A stretch of DNA of 64,000 nucleotides from Blastocystis sp. ATCC 50177/Nand II (taxonomy: Eukaryota). The stretch spans positions 558,001 through 622,000 of the forward strand of contig JBBPEE010000035.1 of the NCBI GenBank assembly GCA_039096935.1, in the 5' to 3' direction. Both the position numbers and the translations under genes were made by a program. This document shows, one piece after another, positions 1-14,318 of this stretch (positions are counted from its first letter, which is position 1; each line of letters starts with the position of its first letter). The notes under the pieces were generated by a model. That model was not told the origin of the DNA and ran no database searches. It worked only from the letters and a program-made list of their open reading frames with translations.

Positions 1-140
1 TTATTTTGCTGGCGCATGAACTCATCCTTCCTACAAGTGAAATCACAATTCAAATCCAACGAGTAGCCTGGGATGGCGGCGGGCGGGGGATTCCCGATCC
101 GTGCGTATCGATTCGAGTACCGATCGGTATAATCCTGCAT
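1..140 (-). CDS. 5' part of a hypothetical protein running off the window start
   Basis: ATG at 140 (MQDYTDRYSNRYARIGNPPPAAIPGYS), then a 30-nt GT..TAG intron and an open frame (KDEFMRQQN) to the edge; divergent from dynein. Confidence 0.4.
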   Translation of the reverse strand, partial: MQDYTDRYSNRYARIGNPPPAAIPGYSLDLNCDFTCRKDEFMRQQN

Positions 141-229
141 CCTGCGACAGTCGACGTGGATGGGATTTGTTGGTTTGTTGGAAATGACTGGTTTGCCACT
201 ATTCAATTTGTGAAATCGTTCTTCGTTTC

Positions 230-3200
230 ATGGATTGGAATCAGCATCGAAGCATCATATCGAACTTCTTCCTGCGTTTGGTTTGCGGAAGCGAGTGAGG
301 ATTAGGATCGTGCCTGGCTTCCTTCGAGTCTCTCGATTCCGAAGTGATCCAGTCCTTTCTGAACGAGGAAACGACGCAGGACAGACTGTTCTCATTCGTT
401 ACAGGAGAAACGAGGGAGGTGGTGATTCAGCTGCACTCCGATAAGGAGAGTCGGTGGCGGAGGCAAACGATGATGCGTAGTCCAGGAGGGGATGAGTCCC
501 CTGAGTATTCTGGACCTGTCGGAGCTGTCGCTCCCAATCCTCCAGTGCACACTATACCTCAATCGCTTCGGTGGATGCATGAGCACCGAATCCCGATTGG
601 CCTCCCAGATCACGGTAGTCACGCTGACGGATCGCGATATTGCCGATTACGTGAGCGAAAGGTGGCGACAGTGATACAACATCACTCCATAGTGAACTTC
701 CGGCGGGAGAGGAATACGACAATCAGGGAGTGAACCCGGTGGCGATTGTGCGCTCCTGCCTGCACAGCACATTGAACCCGCTGCTCAGCACGTTCCGGCG
801 CAGCGAGAAGTCGGACAGCAGCGAATCATCGCTCTTCAAGCGCGTGGCGGACCTGGACATGGCGCTGGTGCATTACGAGCAGAACCTGGACATCCCGGAG
901 GTGCACCTGACCTTCCCTCCCTTCCTGGTGGAGGCGGGCGAGAAGTGCCGCGCGGCGGGCCGGCTGCTGAGCTCTGCGGAGCTGGGGTGGGGCGAGAAGC
1001 CGTCGTCGGAGCTGCTGAACAGCCTGCTGCACCTGAAGGGGCAGTGGATGCGCGAGCTGCGCAAGCTGATGGAGCACCAGCGCGACCCGAACGGCGGGAC
1101 GACGCTGCAGGAGATCAACTACTGGAGCGTGCTGCGCGGGTCGCTGGAGCAGGTGGCGGCGACGCTGCAGGCGTACGAGGTGCAGGTGCTGTTCGCGGTG
1201 GTGCGGCAGAACAAGCTGGTGTCGGGCAACTCGCTGGAGATGGAGAAGAGCATGGAGGCGCGGCTGGAGAGCGTGGCGGGCAACGCGGAGCTGCTGGGCG
1301 GCGTGCCGATCAACGCGCTGCTGACGAGCACGGACCTGGCGGCGACGCGGGCGACCATCGCGCCGATCTTCACGCAGCTGAAGAAGCTGCGCAACTGCCC
1401 CGCGTACCCGATCGTGCGCATGGTGGACCTGGTGAACCTGATCAACAAGGACGTGCTGAACCAGTGTCTGTCGATCCTCTCCGGGCAGCGGCTGATGGAC
1501 TTTTCCTTCGCGCAGTTCACGCAGACGGTGAGCGAGGCATACGAGGTGTGCAAGGCGTGGGACGAGGAGAAGACCTCCATGTGGCACTTCCTGCGCGACC
1601 TGGGCACGCGCCGCAACGAGAAGTATACGCTGCGCTTCCTGGATGCGCTGGACCCGCTGAAGAAGCGACTGCTTGCCGTGGAGGGCTTCCGCAAGGCGCA
1701 CGAGCGCTACTGGGAGGGGCTGCAGGGCATCGCGGCGGCGCACGAGCAGGAGCGCGAGCTGCTGCGCGAGCTGGCGGGCGCCTACGACCGCTTCCGCGAG
1801 TTCAACGTGAGCGACCTGAGCAAGGGCGCGCAGGAGGAGTGGGCGGCGCTGACGAAGGCGTACGACGCGGACGTCGAGGTGGTGGACCAGAACCTGGTGA
1901 CGTCGCTGTGCGCGCAGCTGGAGGGCTCGCGGTCGACGCAGCAGACGTTCACGCTGTTCGGGCAGTACAACCGGCTCTTCTTCCGGCCGTGCATCCAGGG
2001 CAGGCGACTGTGGGCGGCGTGAGGCGTAGCGTCCATCCAGCAGTACCAGACCAGCCTGCTGGAGCAGGTGGACAAGGACCTGACGGCACTGGGCGAGGCG
2101 GTGAAGGAGGCGCCGTACGCGGAGTCGGAGACGGCACGGTTCCTGGCGCTGCGCGACGTGCCGCGGCTGGGCGGCATGGTGATGTGGGCGAGACAGATCG
2201 AGCGGCGCGTGGAGGAGTGCCTGGGCCGCGTGAAGCTGCTGCTGGGCGAGGACTGGGAACAGGGCATGGAGGGCAAGGCGCTGAAGGTGGGAGCGGAAGC
2301 AAGTGGTGAGGTATAGGAGAAGGCAAGCGCGCTGTGCAGCCGCGTGGACACGACGGAGAGGGTGAAGCAGTGGGAGGAGGAGATGAAGGGCGTGATCGAG
2401 AAGCACCCGCTGGCGGACATCGTCTTCTCCATCCACCACAACCCCGCGTCGGGGTACACCATCACGGTGGGCGCGGCGCGGCGGCGTGAGGCATAGGTGA
2501 ACTACAACGAGGACTATTTGTCGCTGTTCAAGGAGGTGCGGACGCTGCAGTGCCTGGACGTGCACCCGCCCATCCGCCTGCGCGTGGAGTGCGACTCCGC
2601 CAAGGGCTGCTACAGCAACATGACGGCGGTGCGCAGCGCGCTGCTGATGTACGAGCGCGTGATGCGCGAGGCGGACGGCGAGGTGCTGGGTCTGGCGGCG
2701 GCGTACCACGCGGCGGTGCGCGAGCTGCTGCGCAAGGGCGTGAAGGAGAAGCTCACCTGGCAGAACCCGAAGCTGCGCGACTTCATCTCGCAGTTCACGC
2801 AGGCCGCCTACACGCTGCAGGAGAAGGTGGACCAGATCGCCGTACAGGTGCTGCTGGTGCGCAAGCTGAAGCTGGAGGTGGCGCGCTGCCCCTACGCGCC
2901 CGAGGCCTTCGCGGCGCTGCTGCAGAGGATGCAGGACGCGCTGGACGCACTGGGCAGTCTGCGATGCGTGGGGCTGCCCGCCTTCATCCAGACGCTGAAC
3001 GAGGAGGTGCAGGCGGCGCTGGTGGAGCGCGCCAGCCGCGCGCTGGGCACCTGGCTGGTGGCGTTCCGGCGAAGGCTGCGTGAGGAGTCGGCGGACATGC
3101 TGCAGGAGGAGGAGGCGATCCGCGAGGAGCTGGAGGCGGCGGAGGAGCCGGAGGTGTACCGCGCGGTACTGCGGCTGAACAGCGTGCACCTGATCCGCGT

Positions 3201-6200
3201 GGTGAGCCGCACGCTGGTGGTAAACCCGCCGGTGGCGGAGAGCAAGAAGAGGTGGCTGGACAGCCTCCTGGCGGTGGTGAGCACCGTCACGGCGCTGCCG
3301 CGCCTGCACCCGCTGACGGACCTGCTGGCGGCGCGGGAGGAGGCGGGCGAGCAGCGGTTCAGCGGCGTGACGGACCTGATCCCGCCGCGCCTGCTGCTGG
3401 AGGCGCTGGACGCGGTGGAGGCGCTGATGGCGGAGGTGGGCCGCTTCGTGGGGACGTGGCTGCGCAACCAGGCGGTGTGGCGGCTGAACCCGAAGGAGGT
3501 GAGCGAGAAGCTGGGCAGCAACGTGGGGCTGTGGCAGGAGCTGCTGACGGGCCTGGCGCGCGCGAAGAGCGAGCTGGACACGGCGAGCACGGAGAAGGTG
3601 GTGGGCTGCATCCACATCAACCTGGAGCAGATCCAGTCGTCGATGTCGCTGCGCTACGACTCGCTGCACAAGGACCTGCTGGCGGCCTTCGCGGCGCTCG
3701 TCTTCACGCAGACGCAGGCGTTCGTGAAGCAGGTGGGCCAGTCGCGCGGCACGCTGGAGCAGCTGTCCATCAACGCCTCCACCACCGAGGCGATCAACCT
3801 GATCCTGGCGACGCGCGAGGTGACGCACTGCCTGCCGCTGTGGAAGGCACAGCGCGACCAGCTGCTGACGTGCCAGCGCCTGCTGGAGCAGCAGGGCTTC
3901 GCGTTCCCCGCAGAGTGGGTGTACAGCCAGCAGGTGGAGAACGACTGGTCGTGCCTGGAGCAGATCGTGGCGCGGCGGCAGGAGGCGATCAAGGCGGCGC
4001 AGGAGCAGCTGAAGCAGAGCGTGGTGGCGGAGGACGCGAAGCTGAAGGCGACGATCCAGGAGGCGCAGGCGGAGTGGGAGGAGCAGAAGCCGCTGGAGGG
4101 CGACGTGTCGGTGGAAGCGGCGCTGGAGGTGCTGCGGCGCTTCCGCGAGCGGGCGGACGCGCTGAGCGAGAAGTGGACGCGCGTGAACAAGGGCCGCGAC
4201 GCGCTGGGGCTGGACGTACACCTGGAGAACCCGCTGGAGCTGGTGCTGACGGAGCTGGCGGGGCTGCAGGAGGCGTGGGAGAGCGTCCAGCCGTTCTGGG
4301 CGCGCGTGGCGGCGCTGGGCGACACGATGTGGTCGGTGTTCGTGCCGAAGACAGCGAGCCAGGAGCTGACGGCGGTGGAGTGCGAGCTGGAGACCGTGCC
4401 GTCGCGCGTGAAGCAGTACGCGTGCTTCACGACGCTGCAGGGCGCGATCCGCAGCCACAAGAAGGACTTCAAGCTGCTGGCGGAGCTGAAGGGCTCGGCG
4501 CTGAAGGAGCGGCACTGGAGCGTGGTGCTGGGCGCGCTGGGCGTGCACACCTCCGTGGAGTTTCTGCGTGTGCGCGACTTCTGGACACCGGCGTTCCACG
4601 AGAAGGAGGAGAAGATCGCGGAGGTGCTGGCGACGGCGCAGGGCGAGAAGGCGCTGGAGGAGTACTTGCGACAGGTGCGCGAGTTCTGGAGCGGGTACGC
4701 GCTGGAGCTGGTGGCGTACGGGCAGCGGTGCAAGCTGATTCGCGGGTGGGAGGAGCTGTTTCAGCAGCTGGACGAGCACATCTCGGCGCTGGAGAGCATG
4801 AAGCAGTCGCCGTACTACCGCGTGTTCGCGGAGGAGGCGGAGGGCTGGTGCGACAAGCTGACGCGCATGCGCGTGCTGTTCGACATGTGGATCGACGTGC
4901 AGCGGCGCTGGGTGTACCTGGAGGGCATCTTCATGGGCGGTGCGGACATCGTGCAGCAGCTGCCGCAGGACTACGCGCGCTTCAAGACGATCGACACGGA
5001 GTTCGTGAGCACCATGCGCAAGGTGTCGGTGCAGCCGCGCGTGCTGGACGTGTTCGGCACGGCCAACATTCAGCGTACGCTGGAGCGGCTGTCGCAGCAG
5101 CTGGCGAAGGTGCAGAAGGCGCTGGGCGCGTTCCTGGAGCGTCAGCGGCAGCTCTTCTCGCGCTTCTACTTCGTGGGCGACGAGGACCTGCTGGAGATCA
5201 TCGGCAACAGCAACGACCCGAAGAAGCTGCAGCGGCACCTCAACAAGATGTTTGCGGGCATCAACGCGCTGGAGTACGTGGCGGAGGAGGGCGCCGTGGA
5301 GCTGCGCGCGATGGTCAGCAAGGAGGGCGAGGTGGTGCCCTTCGCGCAGCCCGTGCGCCTGGAGCAGGCGTGCTCGGTGGTGACGCAGCTGCAGCGCGTG
5401 GAGCAGGCCATGCAGGAGACGCTGGCCGTGGCGCTGGAGCAGGCGCTGGCGGGCTTCGCCACGCTGGAAGGTGCCTCGTTCGTCGACTGGATCGCGCGCT
5501 ACCCGTCGCAGATCATCCTCCTCGCCTCACAGGTCGTCTGGTGCCGCCGCATCGAGGCGGCCTTCCAGTCTTCTCAGTCTGTGAATCAGGGAGGACAGTC
5601 TTCTCAACCTGTGAGTGGGGATGGACAGTCGGCGGAGACGGCACGGCAGCTGGAGGCGACGGTGGAGCAGATCGACGCGCTGCTGGGGCTGTTGGCGGAG
5701 AGCGTGCTGCACCCGCTGCCGGTGGACCAGCGCAAGAAGCACGAGCAGCTGATCACGGAGTTCGTGTACGAGAAGGGCACCACGCAGAGCCTGCTGCGCG
5801 AGGGCACCGCCAGCGCCGCGGACTTCAACTGGCAGTACCGCCTGCGTGCCTACTACGACGAGAGCGAGCCGGCGCTGCTGCGCCGCCTGACGATCCGCGT
5901 GGCGGACAGCTGCTTCAACTACGGCTACGAGTACCTGGGCGTGTGCGAGCGGCTGGTGCAGACGCCACTGACGGACCGCTGCTACCTGACGCTGACGCAG
6001 GCGCTGGCGATGGGCCTGGGCGGCAACCCGTTCGGCCCCGCGGGCACGGGCAAGACGGAGTCGGTGAAGATGCTGGCGTCGCTGCTGGGCCGCTTCTGCC
6101 TGGTGTTCAACTGCGACGAGTCCTTCGACTTCCAGGCCATGGGCCGCATCTTCCGCGGACTGTGCCAGGTGGGCGCGTGGGGCTGCTTCGACGAGTTCAA

Positions 6201-9200
6201 CCGGCTGGAGGAGCGCATCCTGTCGGCGGTGTCGCAGCAGATCTGGACCATCCAGACGGGCCTGCGCCACCAGCAGAAGGAGATCCGCCTGCTGGACACG
6301 CCGGTGGCGCTGCACCCGAACGTGGGCATCTTCGTGACGATGAACCCGGGCTACGCGGGCCGGTCGAACCTGCCGGACAACCTGAAGCAACTGTTCCGCA
6401 GCATCGCGATGATCCAGCCGGACTGGGAGCGCATCGCGCAAGTGATGCTCTTCTCGCAGGGCTTCCGCTCGTCGGAGACGCTGGCGGGCAAGCTGGTGCT
6501 GCTCTTCTCGCTGTGCCACGACCAGCTGTCCGCGCAGCTGCACTACGACTTCGGGCTTCGCGCGCTGAAGTCGGTGGTGACGAGCGCGGGCAACCTGAAG
6601 CGCCACAAGCTGGAGGAGGGCGGGAAGGAGCTGCTGGCGATGGACGCGGCGCAGCAGGAGGCGTTCGAGCGCGACGTGCTGCTCAGTAGCGTGTGCGACA
6701 CAGTGGTGCCGAAGCTGGTGGCGGAGGACATTCCCCTGCTGCAGTCGCTGCTGGGCAGCGTGTTCACGGGCGCCGCCATCAAGGAGATCGAGGCGATGCA
6801 GCTGCGCGCGATGATCCGCGAGGTGTGTCGCGAGCGCAAGCTGGTGCCGACGGAGGCCTTCGTGGAGAAGGTGCTGCAGCTGTTCCTGGTACAGCAGATC
6901 CGCCACGGCATCATGATGGTGGGGCCCTCGGGAAGCGGCAAGTCCTCCGTGATCCACTGCCTGCTGGAGGCACTGGAGCGCGTGGACGGGCAGCAGGGCG
7001 TGATCTACACGATCGACCCGAAGGCGATCACGAAGGACCAGCTGTTCGGGTCGCTGGACACGACGACGAACGAGTGGACAGACGGCATCTTCACGCACAT
7101 CATCCGGCAGATCTACAACGACGTGCGCGGCGAGTCGGCGCGCCGCCACTGGATCGTGTTCGACGGCGACGTGGACCCCGAGTGGGCGGAGAACCTGAAC
7201 AGCGTGCTGGACGACAACCGGCTGCTGACGCTGCCCACGGGCGACCGCCTGTCGCTGCCGGACAACGTGCGCATCCTGTTCGAGGTGGAGAACCTGAAGT
7301 TCGCCACGCCCGCCTCCGTGTCGCGCTGCGGCACCGTGTGGCTGTCGCAGGACACCGTCGCCACGGCGGACCTGCTGCAGCACACGCTGCTGTGCCTGCG
7401 CGCGGACCCGGTGGTGGGCGACCTGGACAAGGCGCCGCTGCTGGCGCTGCAGAATCGCGTGGCGGACGTGATGGTGCCGTACTGCGACGAGCACTGCCTG
7501 CTGGAGCAGAGCATCGCCTGGTCGCTGGCGCGCACGCACATCATGGAGACCACGGCCACGCAGCTGGTGGGCGCCTTCGCGGGCCTGCTGCGCCAGCTCG
7601 TGCTGGACGTGGTGGACTACAACATGGAACACATGGAGACGCCCATGGCCGGCGAGCACTTCTTGGCCTTCGTCGCCAACCGGCTGGTGGAGGCGGCACT
7701 GTGGGGCTTCGGCGGCTCGCTGGTGGGCGATGACCGGCTGGAGTTCTCGGAGATGCTGCGCGCGGCGGCGGGCGTGACGTTGCCGCCGGGCGAGCACTCG
7801 CTGCTGGACTGCTTCGTGAGCACGCAGACGGGCCAGTGGACGCTGTGGCGCGAGCACGTGCCGGCGGTACAGTTGCAGGAGGAGAGCGTGCTGGACACGT
7901 CGGTGGTGGTGCCGACGGTGGACACGGCGCGCAACGAGCACGTGATGCGCGCGTACCTGAACGCGCGGCAGCCGGTGATCCTGTGCGGCCCGCCGGGCTC
8001 GGGCAAGACGATGACGCTGACGAACGCGCTGCGGTCGCTGTCGGGGTTCGACGTGGTGTCGGTGAACTTCAGCAGCAAGACGTTGCCCTCGCTGATCATG
8101 AAGATCTTCGACCAGTACGGCGTGTACCACAAGACGCCGGGCGGGCTGGTGCTGCGGCCGGCGGTGCCCGACAAGTGGCTGATCATCTTCTGCGACGAGG
8201 TGAACCTGCCGGAGCAGGACGCCTACGGCACGCAGCGCGTGATCAGCTTCTTGCGGCAGCTGGTGGAGCACCAGGGCTTCTGGAACACCAAGGAACATCT
8301 CTGGGTGCACGTGGAGAACATCCAGTTCGTGGCGGCCTGCAACCCGCCCACGGACCCGGGCCGCGTGCCGCTGTCCACGCGCTTCCTGTCGCACGCGCCG
8401 GTGCTGTTCGTGGACTACCCCGAGGAGGCGTCGCTGCTGCAGATCTACTCCGTGTTCAACCGCGTGCTGCTGCAGGGCAAGCCGGGCGTCGCGGCGCTGT
8501 ACGGGCAGCTGACGGAGGCGATGGTGCGCTTCTACTCGCTGAACAAGCAGCACTTCTCGCTGGAGCAGCAGCCGCAGTACGTCTACTCGCCGCGCGAGCT
8601 CAGCCGCTGGACGCGCGCCCTCCATGCCGCTCTCTCCGACACTACCATTCCAGTGAATGGAGGCGGTGCAACGAGTGGGGTGGCAACTTCGCGGTTGGCG
8701 GAGGAGGACGTGACGATGGAGGAGCTGGTGCGGCTGGCGGCGCACGAGGCGCTGCGGCTGTTCTGCGACCGGCTGGTGACGCAAAAGGAGAAGGAGTGGT
8801 GCCAGGAGCAGCTGGAGGCCGTGTTCGCCAGCGTGTTCCCGGGCGTGCGGCCGGAGGCGCTGCGGCGGCCCATCCTGTACTCGCGGTGGCTGACGGGCCG
8901 CTACAGCAGCGTGGACCGCGCGTCGCTGCGCGCGTACCTGGAGAGCCAGCTGCGCGTGTTCAACGAGGAGGAGCTGAACGTGCCGCTGGTGCTGTTCGAC
9001 GACGTGCTGGAGCACGTGGTGCGCATCGACCGCGTGCTGCGCCAGTCGCTGGGCCACCTGCTGCTGGTGGGCGAGAGCGGCGCGGGCAAGACGGTGCTGA
9101 CGCGCTTCGTGGCGTGGCTGAACGGCATGAACGTGTTCCAGATCAAGCTGAGTCGGCGGTACAACCTGGAGAGCTTCGACGAGGACCTGCGGCAGGTGAT

Positions 9201-12200
9201 GCGCGCCGCAGGCGTGAACGGCGAGCCGACTTGCTTCATCTTCGACGAGTCCAACATCCTCAGCACGGGCTTCTTGGAGCGCATGAACGCGCTGCTGGCC
9301 AGCGGCGAGGTGCCGGGACTGTACGAGGGCGACGACATGTTGTCGCTGATGGCGGGCTGTCGCGACGCCGCGGCGCACGAGGGGCTGCTGATCGACACCA
9401 GCGAGGAGCTGTTCCGGTGGTTCACGGCGCGCGTGCAGCGCAACCTGCACGTGGTGTTCACGATGAACCCCGCCAACGGCGACTTCCGCGACCGTGCCGC
9501 CACCTCGCCCGCGCTGTTCAACCGCTGCGTGGTGGACTGGTTCGGGCGCTGGGAGCGCGACGCCCTGCTACAGGTGTCGCAGTACTTCACGCGCTCGCTG
9601 GAGCTGGACCGCGTGGAGTATTACCCCTCCGAGGACGCGCTGCGCCTGGTGGCGGCCTCGCGCGGCGTGGAGGGCGTGAGCGCGGGCGAGCGCGTGACGC
9701 TGCACGACGCGCTGATGGCGGCGATCCTGTCCATCCACCAGAGCGTGGTAGTGCTGGACGAGGAGAAGAGCAGCGACACGCGGTGCTACTGCTCGCCGCG
9801 CGACTATCTGGACTTCATCAACCAGTACCTGGCGCTGTTCCAGCGCAAGCACGAGGAGCTGGAGGAGCAGCGGCGGCACCTGCAGGTGGGTCTGACGAAG
9901 CTTCAGGAGACAGAGAGCCAGGTGATCGCGCTGCGCGAGCAGGTGTCGCGGAAGAGCGCGGAGCTGGATCGGGCGAATCTGGAGGCGCAGAACACGCTGC
10001 GTCAGATCGTGGAGAAGAAGGAGCTGGCGACGAAGGACCAGGAGACGTCGTCGCGGCTGGCGAAGGAGCTGACGCAGCAGTACGGCGAGATCAAGGCGAA
10101 GCAGGCGGAGGTGCGCGCGGAGCTGGACAAGGTGGAGCCGGCGCTGGAGGAGGCGAAGAACAGCGTGTCGCAGATCAACAAGGCGCAGCTGAACGAAATC
10201 CGCGCGATGATCAAGCCGCCGGACAACGTGCAGCTGACGATCAAGGCGGTGTGCTGCCTGCTGGGCGAGGAGTCGGGCTCCTGGAAGGAGATCCAGAAGG
10301 TGCTGCGCAAGGAGGACTTCATCAGCCGCATCGTGAACTTCCAGACGCAACGCATCACCAAGAGGGGCGCGGAGGAGGCGAAGAAGATTCTGTATGACCC
10401 GAACTTCACGTTCGAGGCGGTGAACCGGTCCTCGCGCGCGTGCGGCCCGCTGTACATGTGGGGCAAGTCGCAGCTGGAGTACGCGTACCACATTCAGCGC
10501 GTGAAGCCGCTGAACGACGCGATGGAGGGCCTCACGGAGAAGAGCGAGGCGCTGCGGCAGGAGCACGGCGCGTGCATGGAGCGGCTGGGCGCGCTGAACG
10601 AGGAGATCGAGCGGTGCAGCAGCGACTACGGCGCGCAGGCGCAGAAGGTGCAGCAGATCACGGCGGAGATCCGCGAGGTGACGGAGAAGCTGGAGCGCAG
10701 CAGCCGGCTGCTGACCAGTCTGGAGTCCGAGCAGCGCCGCTGGCGCCAGAGCAGCGAAGAGTTCGCGAAGGAGGAGACGTCGATGACGGGCGACTGCCTG
10801 CTGGGCGCGTCGTTCGTCACCTACGGCGGGTTCTTCGACCAGCACCACCGCGCGGTGCTGCTGAGCCAGTGGACGTCGCTGTTGTCGGCGCTCTGCATCC
10901 CGTTCAACCCCAACTTCGACGCCGCGGCGTACCTGTCCTCCTCGAAGGACCGGCTGGCGTGGCAGAGCTGCGGACTGCCGTCGGACGACCTCTGCATGCA
11001 GAACGCGATCATCCTGAACCGGTTCAACCGCTACCCGCTGCTGGTGGACCCGAGCGAACAGGGCGTGATGTTCCTGATGAACCTGTTCAGCAGCAGCCTC
11101 GTCGTGAAGACTTCCTTCCTCGACAAGAACTTCATGCGCCAGCTGGAGAGCGCGCTGCGCTTCGGCAGCGTCCTCATCGTGCAGGACGTGGAGAACGCCG
11201 ACCCGATTCTGAACCCGCTGCTGAACAAGGAATTCCACAAGGAGGGCGGCCGCACGCTGATCCGCATCGGCGGGCAGGACATCGACTTCTCGCCCTCCTT
11301 CAAACTCTTCCTCAGCACGCGCGACTCCTCGCACCAGTTCCCACCCGACCTCTGCTCGCGCGTCACCTTCGTGAACTTCACCATGACCGTGTCCTCGCTG
11401 CAGGACCAGTGCCTATCGCTCGTCCTGCAGAAGGAGGCGCCGTCGCTGTACCAGCAGCGCAACAACGTGCTTCAACTGCAGGGCGAGTACCAGGTGCGGC
11501 TGCGCGATCTGGAGGAGCAGCTGCTGAGCTCGCTGAACGCGCTACGCGGCAACATCCTGGACAACGACACGGTGATGAACACGCTGGAGCAGCTGAAGAC
11601 GGAGGCCGCCTCCATCTCCAAGGAGATGAGTCAGTCGGAGGAGATCATGCGGTCGATCCGCGAGTCGAGTCGCATCTACCAACCGCTCTCGCAGGCCTGC
11701 TCGCAGATCTACTTCATCCTGGACAGCTTGCACCGCGTGCGTCCGCTCTACCGCTACAGTCTCCACTTCTTCACCTCCATCCTGCAGGCGGTGCTCGCCA
11801 CGCCGCTGGACGCCTCGCTCCCGCCCTCGCAGCGCATGACGCTGCTGCTGCACGCGCTCTACCGCGAGGTCTACGCGCGCGTCAGCCGCGGCCTGACCCA
11901 CCTCGACTCGCGCGTGCTGGCGCTGCGCCTGTGCCAGCTGTACGTACAGGGCACGCCGGAGCAGCCGGACCCCGAGGAGCTGCAGCTGCTGCTCAAGGGC
12001 ATCAGCGCCTCCGTCGACCCCACCGCCGAGAAGTTCGTCACGGCGGTGTTCGGCAGCGCTCTCTCGGAGGAGCAGGAGGCGCAGATGATTCTTCACCTCT
12101 CCATCGAGCGCACCAAGGCGCTGAAGCGCGCACTGCTGCAGAAGTCTGCCTTCTGGGCCGCCGACTTCCGCACCGCGCCGCTGGAGGCGCTGCTGCCCTG

Positions 12201-14271
12201 CGTGGACGAGATCGGCGAGGAGGGCTGGTCGCGCGGCCGCGCGCTGTGGCGCTGGCTGCTGCTGGTGAAGGAGCTGCGGCCGGAGCTGCTGGTCACGGCC
12301 ATCGAGCACGTGGTGACGAGCCTGTGCGACGCGGACTTTTTCAAGGGCGAGGTGTTCGCGCTGCGCGACGTGGTGGTGAGTGAGGCCAGCGCCAAGATGC
12401 CCGTGTTGTTGTGCTCTGCACCCGGCTACGACGCTAGCAAGCGCGTGGAGCAGCTGTACGCGGAGCTGCAGACGCCGCTGGAGTCCATCGCCATGGGCAA
12501 CACCGAGAGCTTCGAGCAGGCGGAGCGCGCCATCCGCGCGGCCGCCGCGCGCGGCACGGCGGTGCTGCTGCGCAACGTGCACCTGTGCCCCGAGTGGCTG
12601 TGCGCGCTGGAGAAGCTGTTCTTCACGCTGAACGCGCAGCCGGACTTCCGCCTGCTGCTGACGAGCGAGATCTCGCCGAAGCTGCCGCCGTCGCTGCTGC
12701 GCCTCTGCTACACGCTGGTGTTCGAGACCCCAACGGGCGTGCGCGCCTCGCTGCTGCACTCACTGAGCGCCGTGCCGGAGGAGTGCATGAACGCGAAGCC
12801 GGTGGAGCGTTGTCGCGTGTGCTTCCTGCTGCTGTGGCTGCATGCTGTGGTGGAGGAGCGCCTGCGCTATGTGCCCGTCGGCTGGACCAAGCCCTACGAG
12901 TTCAACGAGAGCGACCTCAAGTGCGCGCTGGAGGCTATCGATCACTGGGTCAGTGCTGCCGCACGCGGGCTGCCGCACATGGACCCCGCGCGCCTCAACT
13001 GGAAGGCGCTGCGGGCGCTGCTGAGCCAGTGCTTCTACGGCGGGCGCGTGGACAACGCGTTCGACGACCTGCTGCTGCGCGCGCTGATCGACCGCATCTT
13101 CGTGCCCGCCAGCTTCAACTCCGACTTCCCGCTGGTGGAGGTCTGTCGACTCGATGGTGTGAACGATGTCACTGGCTCGCGCGAGGTGCTGCTAACGGTG
13201 CCGGAGGGCACGTGCAAGGCGGACTTCGAGCGGTGGGTGGACGTGCTGCCCGTATACAACAGTCCCGAGTGGCTGGGGCTGCCCGCCACGGCCGAAAAGC
13301 GGTACTTGTCGCAGCAGGGCAGCGCCATTCTGCGCGCCGCGCTGCTGCTGCAGGACGCCGCGGGACAGGAGGCGCGCCGCGCGGAGGAGGGCGCGAAGGA
13401 GCGCGAGGGCGCGTGGGCGAGCGGGCTGGCGGGCTCGGCGGAGAAGTGGCTGGGTCTGGTGATGGTGGAGATCAAGGCGCCGGCGAGCACGCCCGCGCTG
13501 CTGCGCAACCCGCTGTTCCGCTTCCTGGCGCGCGAGATCGAGGAGATGAAGGCGCTGCAGGCGACGGTGGTGCGCCAGCTACAGGACCTGGTGGGCGTGT
13601 GCCAAGGCAAGCTAAAGAGCACGCACGCCACTCGCCTGCTGCTGGAGGAGCTGGCGCGCGATCGCGTGCCGCGCGCGTGGTGCCGCGGCGGTCCGGATGC
13701 CGGAGAGGAGAGTGAGCGAACGAGAGAGGGATCACCCGTAGTCTGTTCCGTGTGGGTGCAGCACTTCATCCTGCGCTGCCAGCACTTCGCCGCGCTGTCC
13801 ACGCTCTCGGTGGAGGCCGTGCGCACGTCCGGCGTGTGGCTGGGCGGACTGCTCCACCCCGAGGCCTTCATCATCGCCATGCGCCAGCTCGTCGCGCAGG
13901 AGCGCGGCTGGCCGCTCAACGACGTGCAGCTGCGCCTCACACCTCTGTCGCCAGAACGCTTCGAGCATGTGGGCGCCATTCTAGCGGAGAAGGAATCGGC
14001 CTTCCTGGTGCACAGTCTGGTGCTGGAGGGAGCGGACTGGAGCGAGGAGGGCCTGGTGCCCTCGGACGCCATCCGGTGCCCGCTGGACGAGGTGTTGTTT
14101 GAATGGAGCTGCGAGAAGGAGGAGGCGGCGACGACGATCCAGGTGCCGATTTATCTGAACGACACGAGGAGCCAGCTGCTGTACGTGGTGGATCTGAAGC
14201 ATGTGAAGGCCATTCCGACGGAGATATGGAGAGAGAGGGCGGTGTCCATCATCTGTTGGAGACAAATCTGA
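230..14271 (+). CDS. DYNC1H1: Cytoplasmic dynein heavy chain
   Basis: Four P-loops (GPAGTGKT, GPSGSGKS, GPPGSGKT, GESGAGKT), WGCFDEFNRL, RFYFVGDEDLLEIIGNS and a coiled-coil stalk. The N-terminal tail splices through short introns 276-305, ~450-480, 662-692, 2000-2029 (GC-AG), 2287-2316 and 2467-2496 into the exon 2497-14271. Confidence 0.96.
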
Positions 14272-14318
14272 TTCTATCTCTGTTTCTTGGAATCGCTTCC
14301 GCTATCACAATCTTGTAG

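Noticed and set aside
651..726. Possible 76-nt snoRNA-hosting intron in dynein
   Set aside because: A 31-nt intron at 662-692 restores the frame more simply.
826..11334. Very long antisense and alternate-frame ORFs over dynein (1470, 1307, 1145, 853 and 588 aa)
   Set aside because: Shadow ORFs caused by extreme GC3 codon bias; low-complexity R/L/A/G/Q translations with no family motifs.
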